A DNA stretch of 39,521 nt, taken from the NCBI GenBank assembly GCA_032128375.1, contig JAQBGU010000062.1:1-39521 (forward strand), read 5' to 3'. Shown here in pieces: positions 29,393-36,880 of this stretch; positions within the stretch are counted from its first letter, which is position 1, and each line of letters starts with the position of its first letter. Origin of the DNA: Deltaproteobacteria bacterium (GTDB lineage: Bacteria > Myxococcota_A > UBA9160 > SMWR01). The notes beneath the pieces are model-generated. The model saw nothing but the letters and a program-made list of their open reading frames with translations. It ran no database searches and was not told the origin of the DNA. The position numbers and the translations under genes are program-made.

Positions 29393-29905
29393 TCAGCGCA
29401 ACGAGCGCCAAGGCGCGAGGACATCCCAGTAAGCCGCCCACTGCTCGATGTAGTCTTCGTCGAGTGTTTGCTTCGCTGCGAGGATGGCCTCGATGTCGGC
29501 GATATCTTGGTTGCGGCCTGCAATCAGCTTGTGGACGATGACGTCCTCGGGTGTCAAGACCCGCGCACTGGCTCCGTCATCGAACAACTCCTCGCGCGCT
29601 CGGCGGATCGCCTCTTTCTGGTAATCCGTGCCGGCAAACATCAGGTCCGCGATGCCCTGCTCCGCGTGGCGCAACCGGATGAGTTCGGCCTCGGGACTCG
29701 CCCGCTGGACGTCCCAGCCTGCCGAGCGGAGTGATGCTTCGAGGGTTTCGAGGCTTGCTCCCGCGTCGGAGAGCAATAGGTCTACATCTTGCGTGAGGCG
29801 TGGCGAAGTTCGGTAGCGATTTGCGGCCAGTGCCCCGATCAGAACCCAGCGGATGCCGAGCCCGTCGAGTAGGTCACCGAGCGATCTTAGTGTGCTCCGC
29901 TGCAC
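29393..29905 (-). CDS. Nucleotidyltransferase (DUF6036/AbiEii-like Pol-beta superfamily)
   Basis: VLIGALAA..PRLTQDVDLLL, and C-terminal TPEDVIVHKLIAGR.QDIADI. Confidence 0.82.
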   Translation of the reverse strand: MQRSTLRSLGDLLDGLGIRWVLIGALAANRYRTSPRLTQDVDLLLSDAGASLETLEASLRSAGWDVQRASPEAELIRLRHAEQGIADLMFAGTDYQKEAIRRAREELFDDGASARVLTPEDVIVHKLIAGRNQDIADIEAILAAKQTLDEDYIEQWAAYWDVLAPWRSLR

Positions 29906-30140
29906 GGTGCTGGATCTCCTTGCATCGTTCCAGGAACGCGAGATGAAACGCGAGGTCGCCGTCGTCCGATCCGGCTATGCCCGGTTTGGCCAGCGCACCA
30001 AGCGTGTGCACGATTTGCTCGAGTCGGTCGAACATCTCCGCGAGCGAGGAGGGCGCCACGTCCTGTGACAGAGACGGGTTCTGCCGTGCGATTCTCTGGA
30101 AGTAGGCGCGGTCCGCGGTGGAAGCGCGATGAGCGGTCAT
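29874..30140 (-). CDS. 88-aa hypothetical protein, putative partner of the nucleotidyltransferase
   Basis: ATG at 30140, helical sequence (DRAYFQRIARQN..LAEMFDRLEQI), overlaps the downstream gene start by 32 nt. Confidence 0.6.
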   Translation of the reverse strand: MTAHRASTADRAYFQRIARQNPSLSQDVAPSSLAEMFDRLEQIVHTLGALAKPGIAGSDDGDLAFHLAFLERCKEIQHRAAEHTKIAR

Positions 30141-30493
30141 GACTCGAGTGTAGCTCGAACAGTCGGTATGACCTCTAGCTCGAGAAGTACGTGGCGCTCG
30201 CAGCGTTAGCGCGACCTCGAGGCAGCTGTACATCGCCAAGACACTTTCTACGGGTACCAGCAATATCTCACAGCCAGTTTCGACGGCCTCTAGAATGAAC
30301 TATGTCTCGAAGGTGTAGACACCTCTGACTCCAACGAGAAGAGGTGGACGAATTCTGAGAACTATCGTTCACCGGGCGCGGAACCCGCGGTATCGCGTTC
30401 GGGTGCGCGAGAGCCCGACCACCAAGCCGCACGGAATCGAGCGAATTTCTCTGAGCGCGGTCGGCCGCAGACGCGCAGTCAACCACAGACCAA

Positions 30494-30690
30494 ATGGCGG
30501 TGCGGGCAGTCTGGTGCGAACTCGTCTCTGGGTGAGAATCCCTGATCTGCAGCGAAAATACACGGAAATGCCGCAAATCTGGCTTCACCCTCGGAACTCG
30601 CCGGTGGCCGAGGCGCAATCTGAGGTTCTTGACGGGTGAATTCCCTGCGTTGGGAAACAGGAAATTCCGTGCCAACGAGCAGGGACTTCG
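30494..30690. mobile_element. att/terminus-like non-coding element; includes direct repeat copy 2 (30509-30546) and several TCCCTG/CAGGGA-type motifs
   Basis: tggcggtgcgggcagtctggtgcgaactcgtctc..aatccctgatctgcagcgaaaatacacggaaat..aattccctg..aacaggaaatt..agcagggac. The minus strand reads GTTCGCACCAGACTGCCCGCACCGCCA, resembling a tRNA 3' end. Confidence 0.55.
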
Positions 30691-31558
30691 GCGATCGAGG
30701 TCGGTCTTCCAATCCAGGGCGGTGCTCGACAATCCGTACTCGGTAGTCTTGAATGCGAAGGCAATCTGTGAGGCATGAAACCGCCTGCATCCAGGGACAC
30801 TCAGCCGGCTCATAGCGGATTGGGCCTGCCGAGAATGCGCGGCTTGGGGCGCGAGTTGCGCTTCAAGACGTTGAGAATGCACTCGAAGATGTGGTCTCCA
30901 TCTTCGATGGGGTGCTCAAGCCTCTTTTTCGCCGGAGTCTGTAGCGATCGAAGAGCGGCGAGGAGGTAGCGGTAGCGCTTCGACACCTTCTCGGGGGATT
31001 CCAGTCTACCGCGCCGCGATCGCTGAGACCCGGGACGAGTCGCGCGACATGGCACGGGATCCGAGCGTGTCGGAGTGCTGCATCGGCCGCAACACTATTT
31101 TCCGAATCAACGCAATGAGCGAGCACCAACAGAAAATCACTGGCTGATGCAGGCACCAGAATGCAAGAAGCAGAAGGCTCGACCCCACAGGTTCGTCTCT
31201 AGCCCAGCTCCGGCAATTGCCGGCCGATAGGATATCGAGGACGGAACCATTCAATCTCATCGTGACGGATCAGTACTTTCACGATAGAGCACCCTGCCAC
31301 CCCTGCTACTTGGCAGGTTGTGCGGAAGCGTTTCCTCTCTTGCCTATGCGCGGCGCGGTTTCCTCCCCTCAGAGTTCCTGGATACAAGGGGGACACCTGG
31401 GCTAGATCTGCGAATGCAACCTCGGTGTGTCCGATTCGCCCCTCCCAGCAGCAAATTAGATCCCCAGAAGGTGCGTCATTGTGGGACGATAGGATTGCCA
31501 TCACCTGACACTGGCCGGTAACGCGATAACTAACAGTCCAAATAGGAGGCGAGAAGCA

Positions 31559-32116
31559 ATGTGGAATATCATCTTGGTTCTGCTGGTCGCTTTCGTGGGA
31601 ACCTCCAACGCCGATGGCGCCGACGTTTGCGACGACGACTGGCCGGGCTGGCTAAAGCGGATATCACTCCAAGAAACGAAGTCGATTCAGATTCTTGACC
31701 TGGATCAGGACGCCTGCGAATACCACTTTCGCGAATCCGGATGCAAACAAGGACGAAATGACTGCGAAGGCCAGGCGAACCGCGACATCGACATAGCGAA
31801 CCAAGATCAGCAGAGTGGCGAATTCAGCTCTCGCGCGCCCGTGTGCGAACAACGACGCAATGATTGCATTGGTGGAGCCGACAGAAACATTCGCCAGGCA
31901 AATCATGACCAGGGCAGCTGCGAACATACCCACAGACAGACAGAGTGCGACGGGCGTGAAAGTGAGTGCAATTTCAATCGGGACAGATCGGGCAAGACGC
32001 CGGAGCAATGCGCTGATGAAGGAAGGGGGTGCGAAGCGAGTCGCGCGAACTGCGCGTGGAGATACGCGGGAATGAGAAACGCAGTCGTTGCGGCGGGCTG
32101 GAAGGAAGTCGGTAGA
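31559..32116 (+). CDS. Secreted Cys-rich protein with 3 x 34-aa repeats; C-terminus interrupted (ORF reads on to 32425)
   Basis: Strong RBS (ataggagg), hydrophobic signal peptide, 12 Cys in the first 165 aa, repeats DQxxCExxxRxxxCxxxxxxC at 31697-32002. Confidence 0.65.
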
Positions 32117-32233
32117 AACGTCGCCACGTGCGCCAGCCGCGAAGGCGTGGCGAGGCTCTTCGGGATCGGAAGCTTCGGCATCGCTGCGATCCGGACGCCG
32201 TCCTTGCAGTTCGGGCACGCGTACTTCGGACAC
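32117..32233 (-). mobile_element. IS66-family transposase (TnpC) fragment
   Basis: Minus strand reads PKYACPNCKDGVRIAAMPKLPIPKSLATPSRLAHVAT, the IS66 zinc-finger/linker signature. Confidence 0.8.
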
Positions 32234-32425
32234 GGGCGCCTCGTCTGGGTCGATACCTCTTCGCGCGAAGATTACCCACCAGCCCATCGCATGTATTCGA
32301 CCGCCGGATATCGCCAGGTCGCGCGGCTCGAAGACTACTACGCTGCCGACGATGCAAAGCTGATCTTTTCGAAAGAAACATCGGTTCCGGTCAGCGACGA
32401 CTCGTTCCAGTCGTCGATCGGGTGA
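32234..32425 (+). pseudogene. C-terminal remnant of a GNAT acetyltransferase
   Basis: GRLVWVDTSSREDYPPAHRMYSTAGYRQVARLEDYYAADDAKLIFSK (GNAT motif B region). GTGA overlap with the MFS gene. Confidence 0.75.
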
Positions 32426-33684
32426 GAGTCGAGCCCAGCCCGCGGGCTCTCGGCCTGCTCTTCGGCTCCGTCTACTTCGTCCAAGGAATCGGCGAGCCCA
32501 CTTCGGGCCTGCTTGCCCAGCCGCTGAGCGCGCTCCTCAAGGGCCGCGGCGAGGGTGCTGCACAGATCGCGGCCTTCATGGCGATACTCGCGCTTCCCTG
32601 GTCGATCAAGCCGCTCTACGGATTGCTCACCGATTTCGTTCCGCTCTTCGGCTCGCGTCGACGAAATTACTTCGTGCTGACTTCGGGGCTCGGCGCCGCG
32701 GCGCTCCTCGTCGTGTCGGGCGCATTGCCGGAGTCGACATCTCTGTTGCTCGCGGTGCTCTGCATCCCCGCCGTCGGACTCGCTTTCAGCGACGTCGTGA
32801 TCGATGCCTTGATGGTCGAAGAGGGACAGCCGCGAGGTCTGACGGGTTGGTTGCAGTCGATTCAATGGGCGTCGGTGTACGGCGCCACGATTCTGACGGG
32901 GTGGGTCGGCGGATGGCTCACCGAACGCGGACAGACCGAGTTGGCCTTCGCGATCTGTGGCGTCGCACTGCTGGGGTCGCTTGCGATCGCGATTTTCGTG
33001 GTGCGCGAGCCCGACCAGCCTGCACGAGGCGCGGCTTCGCACGCCGCTACACGCGGTGCGCTCGCCGAAATGTGGGCCGCTGCGCGTACCCCAGCAGTGA
33101 TGGCGGTCGGCGCCTTTCTCTTCCTCTGGTCCTTCAATCCGTTCGCCGCGAGCGTCTTGTATCTGCACGCGACGGTGGAAGTCGGCATCTCGGAACAGGA
33201 GTTCGGCAACTCGAGTTCGTGGCTCGGGGTCGGGGCCGCTGTGGCGAGTGTCGCGTACGGCTACTACTGCCGAAGCGTGCCGTTTCGTTGGCTGATCCAC
33301 GCCTCGATTGCGCTGGGCATCGTGACGACGCTCGCCTACTTCGGCCTGGTTGGACCACGCTCTGCCTACGCGGTCCGGTTCGCGGTCGGCGTCACCTACA
33401 TGACGGCGACGCTCGCGCAGCTCGACCTTGCAGCGCGCAGCTGCCCGCCTCGAGTGGCCGGCACGACATTCGCGCTGCTGATGTCGCTATCGAATCTGGC
33501 GGTCGCGCTGTCGGGTGCACTCGGAGGTTGGCTCTACGAGTTGTTGGGCGCGTACTTCGGAGCAGAAGGCGCCTTCCGCGCGCTGCTGTTGATCGGGGCG
33601 TTCTTTACCGCCTTGTGCTGGTTGCTCGTGCCCTGGCTCCGGCAGCAGGAGCAAGCGCTGCGTCTGGGAGGCTCGTCCCCGTGA
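32422..33684 (+). CDS. MFS transporter, folate/biopterin (BT1)-like
   Basis: YFVQG, LPWSIKPLYGLLTDFVPLFGSRRRNY, FSDVVIDALMVE, LAARSCP...GTTFALLMSLSN; about 12 TM helices. Confidence 0.88.
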   Translation: MRVEPSPRALGLLFGSVYFVQGIGEPTSGLLAQPLSALLKGRGEGAAQIAAFMAILALPWSIKPLYGLLTDFVPLFGSRRRNYFVLTSGLGAAALLVVSGALPESTSLLLAVLCIPAVGLAFSDVVIDALMVEEGQPRGLTGWLQSIQWASVYGATILTGWVGGWLTERGQTELAFAICGVALLGSLAIAIFVVREPDQPARGAASHAATRGALAEMWAAARTPAVMAVGAFLFLWSFNPFAASVLYLHATVEVGISEQEFGNSSSWLGVGAAVASVAYGYYCRSVPFRWLIHASIALGIVTTLAYFGLVGPRSAYAVRFAVGVTYMTATLAQLDLAARSCPPRVAGTTFALLMSLSNLAVALSGALGGWLYELLGAYFGAEGAFRALLLIGAFFTALCWLLVPWLRQQEQALRLGGSSP

Positions 33685-33971
33685 GACGAGCGGAATAACG
33701 CTCCCGATTCCTTCACAATGCAAAGGCTCCTCGCGAAAAGGTTCCATCGATGTCCGCTGCTCCCTCTCTCCGACCGCGCCGGGCACCTGAAGCTCGTGGT
33801 AATGGCGGGCGAGCGGGCGAACGCATTCGCCCACGGAGAGAGTGCGGACTGCCTGTCGAGTCGGCATTCGCGTGACGGCTGGTTCTCTTCGACCATCCAG
33901 TCGGTACGTCGATTGCGCTTGTCGCGGGTTCGGTTGCCGTATCCAATCATGGCGAGGCACAATCGAACTCC

Positions 33972-34423
33972 GCCGCTGCGCTGCGCGACGAGCTGTTCGA
34001 AATCGACACACGTTTCGGTCAGCTCGGCGAGCGCGGCATCTTCCAGGCACTCGATGTCGCCGGTGCCCTCGATCATCAACTACCCGATCTCGGCGACGTG
34101 GCGCGCGCGACGAGCGAACCCCGGACCAGGGACGCGCCCGACTTCGAGGTGCGCGCATTCGCGAACTCTCCGCCGAACGCACCCGCTACCATTGCAGCTG
34201 GTACCGCATTGTCGATCTTCAGGCGTTTCGCTGCTTCGACCTCGGCGATCCATTTGGCCGCGAGGCGAGCTGGAAGCCCACCGGGCCCGCAGGCGGCGAA
34301 TCCGCCCGGTTTCGCGCGCAGATGATGGCGCGAATGCGCAGCAACCGAATGCGAAGGCGTGGTTCGAGCGACGACGTGCCGTTTGGAATCGGTTCGGATC
34401 GATCGGTGTCATTTGAATCGTAG
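33972..34423 (+). pseudogene. C-terminal remnant of a PafA/Dop-like (Pup ligase family) gene with a 1-nt frameshift
   Basis: ELFEIDTRFGQLGERGIFQALD..G.L. Adding one C to the C4 run at 34119-34122 gives ATSEPPDQGRARLRG..SW..FDLGDPF, matching the PafA/Dop PP..RA..RG..W..L.DPF pattern. Confidence 0.65.
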
Positions 34424-34451
34424 CGATCCGTCACGCCCGCGGCGGCGGGGT

Positions 34452-34476
34452 GGGAAGAAATACCCCATTTCTTCCC
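34452..34476. promoter_or_regulatory. Perfect 10-bp inverted repeat, putative operator
   Basis: gggaagaaat-acccc-atttcttccc, upstream of the sigma-factor remnant. Confidence 0.45.
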
Positions 34477-34541
34477 CAGACCCGTGCGAGGAACTGTCGA
34501 TGTGCGGCATACGAATTGCCAATGCAGTTTTTTTGTCACCG

Positions 34542-34720
34542 ATGGAAAGCGGACCTCGTGTGTCTGAATCGACCCGACATGCAGAATGGCAAGAACGAGA
34601 TGAAGCCCTCATGCATCGCTACGCCGACGGGGACACCGATGCCTTCAAAGAGCTCTTCCGGCGCTACGAGCCTCGCGCCTGCGCCTTCTTCCTCAAGCGG
34701 ACGGGTTCCCGACAACGCTC
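34542..34720 (+). pseudogene. ECF sigma-70 factor N-terminal remnant
   Basis: DEALMHRYADGDTDAFKELFRRYEPRACAFFLKRTGS. Breaks off before the A.DL.QE motif; no region 4. Confidence 0.8.
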
Positions 34721-35085
34721 CTGCTCGTTCCCGGTGTGGCGTTCCAATCGCTCGATGCGTCATCAGGCGTTTGGGCAGGCTGGCTCGCTGGTACTGGAGC
34801 GGGCGCCTACCACGGCGTAGCGGGAGGCATCCGAACGCGGCTGCTGCTGTCGGGGACCTGAGCTCCGAACCATCTGCAGCGCGGACCGATCGGCGACCGA
34901 CCCCGTCTTCTCGCCCGATGGTGAAAGGCACCCGCAGCTCACGTCCGTACGCATTCGGTTTGCCGCTTCGAGATGAATACTGAGCCATCGCGCAGCGTCT
35001 GCAGTCTCAAGCACGGGGATCGGAGTTCCGATTGCGCTACTGGCCGATCGGGCCCACACTGAACTCGGAGATCCGAAAACTGGTC

Positions 35086-35517
35086 ATGCGTGTTGGCGTC
35101 CTGACATTGAGCATCCTCGTGGCAGTCTGGCTGGTGCCCGGCTCGGGATTGTCGTGTCCATCGAACACGGCGGGGCACGAAGACGAGGCGCACAGTCATT
35201 CCGCTCAGCCGCACACACACACCGATGCGGAACCCGAACACGGGAACACTCACGGCGCTCCCGATGAGTCACATTCTGGCTCGACGCAAGACTCCTCTTC
35301 ACACGAAAGCGATTGCTGCGACAGCGCATCCGACTTGCCCGCACTCCACGTGGTGCTCGCTTCCTGGCAGTCGCGACCCGAGTTCACTGTCGCAGTCGCC
35401 CCGCTGGTCATCGCGGTCGTCGAAGCAGTGCCGCGGTTGGCAACCGCATCACAGCTGCGGCGCCTGCAACCACCAGCCCACCCATACGAACGAACCCGCC
35501 GCCCCCTCCTGATTTGA
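35086..35517 (+). CDS. His/Cys-rich exported leader protein (CzcI/DUF2946-like)
   Basis: Signal-peptide-like N-terminus, His-rich tract GHEDEAHSHSAQPHTHT..HGNTH..SH, DCCD, C-terminus LQPPAHPYERTRRPLLI. First gene of the efflux operon. Confidence 0.75.
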   Translation: MRVGVLTLSILVAVWLVPGSGLSCPSNTAGHEDEAHSHSAQPHTHTDAEPEHGNTHGAPDESHSGSTQDSSSHESDCCDSASDLPALHVVLASWQSRPEFTVAVAPLVIAVVEAVPRLATASQLRRLQPPAHPYERTRRPLLI

Positions 35518-35518
35518 T

Positions 35519-35585
35519 CACCACCAGGTTCGACGCCTCGAAGGCGTTGCCCGGCCATGCCGGGATTTCTCTGAACCTGGAGGTG
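35519..35585 (+). promoter_or_regulatory. Predicted three-helix RNA junction sequestering the SD of the TolC gene
   Basis: P1 35519-35531 pairs with 35573-35585 (12 of 13 bp, covers GGAGGU). P2 35532-35548, P3 35550-35564. Confidence 0.7.
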
Positions 35586-35587
35586 CT

Positions 35588-36880
35588 ATGCGACCGATCT
35601 ATCGTGCGGCTGTATTGGCTGTACTGACGTTCGCGGTTTCGAATCCCGCGAAGTCCCAGACATCATCCGATTTCCTGACCGCAGACGACGCGGTGAGGGA
35701 AGCCCTGGCTGCGAACCGCGATCTGCAGGCTGCGCGCCTGTCGATCGACGTAGCGCGAGGGGGGCTGCTCCAAGCCGGGCGGCTCCAGAATCCGGAGCTC
35801 GAATTGAACTTTGCCGACGACTTCGCCTTCAGCGGCGAAGGCGAACGCTTCGGATCGGTCGGCTTCTCGCAGAGTTTTCCGATCACCGCAAGGCTCACAC
35901 GCGAGAAGGACGTCGCCGGCAAGCACGTCGCAACCGCCGAAGCCGAGGTGCGCGACTTCGTCAGGACTCTCGTAGCCGAGGTTCAGAGCACCTTCTACTC
36001 GGTTCGGTCCATGGACGAACGACTCGGAGTCACGGAAGAGTTGGTGGCCTCCGTTCGGGAGGTCGAGAACGCGACCGCACGCCGCGTCGAGGCTGCGGAG
36101 GCTTCTCCCGCCGAAGTCAGCCTGCTGCGAATCGAACGTCTGCGCCTCGAACAAGACGCGCAGCGCTTGATCCGCGAGCGTGGAGTGGCTGCTGCAACAC
36201 TGGCGAGGCTGCTCGGACGGGAGAGGCTCGATGGCTTGACACCCACCGGTGATCTCGACCCGGGCCCGTTGCCGACATTCCAGGCCAGCAGCCTCGATCT
36301 GCGACCCGATCTACAAGCGGCGAGCCGAGGAATCGAGCGCGCCGACGCCGACCGTGCACTTTCCCAAACGGAAGTCTGGGAAGATTGGACGGTGATTCTG
36401 GGGTACGACGCGGAGCGGCAGGTCTTCGATGCCCCCATCGGAACCGAACAAGACTCTTTCCTATCGCTCGGTGTCACCGTTCCGCTGCCACTCTGGGACC
36501 GCCAGCAAGGTCGCATTGCCGCTGCAGAAGCCGAGTTGCGCCGTTCGCGGCGCTTGCGGGACGCGCTTCGACTTCGAATCGACGAAGAGCTGCGCAGCGC
36601 CGAGCTGCGATTCCAGACACTGCGCACGAGCGTCGACGCCTACGCGGAACAGATTCTCCCGGAAGCGACTCGCGCTCAATCGCTATTCGAGCAGGGATAC
36701 CGACAAGGCGTCGTCGGTATCGCAGAACTTCTGCAGGCACAGCTCCAATACAACGAGAGCCGGACATTCTATTTCGAATTGTTAGGCGAACTGCGACAAG
36801 CCTCGATCGAATTCGAAGCAGCCGCTGGGGCGAGTCCGCATTTGGAGCGCCAGCCGAGTCCAGGAGGGATTGCGCCATGA
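35588..36880 (+). CDS. TolC-family outer membrane efflux protein (CzcC-like)
   Basis: Signal peptide, ALAANRDL.AAR, AGRLQNPEL, VPLPLWDRQQG.I..A.AE, YRQG...IAELL.AQ. Confidence 0.93.
   Translation: MRPIYRAAVLAVLTFAVSNPAKSQTSSDFLTADDAVREALAANRDLQAARLSIDVARGGLLQAGRLQNPELELNFADDFAFSGEGERFGSVGFSQSFPITARLTREKDVAGKHVATAEAEVRDFVRTLVAEVQSTFYSVRSMDERLGVTEELVASVREVENATARRVEAAEASPAEVSLLRIERLRLEQDAQRLIRERGVAAATLARLLGRERLDGLTPTGDLDPGPLPTFQASSLDLRPDLQAASRGIERADADRALSQTEVWEDWTVILGYDAERQVFDAPIGTEQDSFLSLGVTVPLPLWDRQQGRIAAAEAELRRSRRLRDALRLRIDEELRSAELRFQTLRTSVDAYAEQILPEATRAQSLFEQGYRQGVVGIAELLQAQLQYNESRTFYFELLGELRQASIEFEAAAGASPHLERQPSPGGIAP

Noticed and set aside
28408..30140. Functional BREX system
   Set aside because: Only a broken internal fragment of one gene; no pglX, pglZ, brxA or brxB in the window.
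30494..30530. tRNA gene
   Set aside because: Only a 3'-end-like resemblance on the minus strand; I could not build a cloverleaf.
30810..31504. Short ORFs in the more AT-rich stretch (e.g. 30810-31055, 31199-31504)
   Set aside because: Possibly further gene scraps, but I recognise no motif or convincing start.
32128..32421. N-terminal extensions given by the ORF track (MFS from 32128; also 52, 6670, 9593, 12729, 17521, 36385)
   Set aside because: They overlap neighbouring genes or precede the family-typical N-terminus; downstream starts fit better.
34880..34935. DPVFSPDGE as a PD40/TolB repeat remnant
   Set aside because: Too short to distinguish from chance.
35519..35585. Calling the structured spacer a NiCo riboswitch or an intrinsic terminator
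   Set aside because: I see three helices rather than the NiCo four-way junction and no U-tract; kept only as an unclassified SD-sequestering structure.
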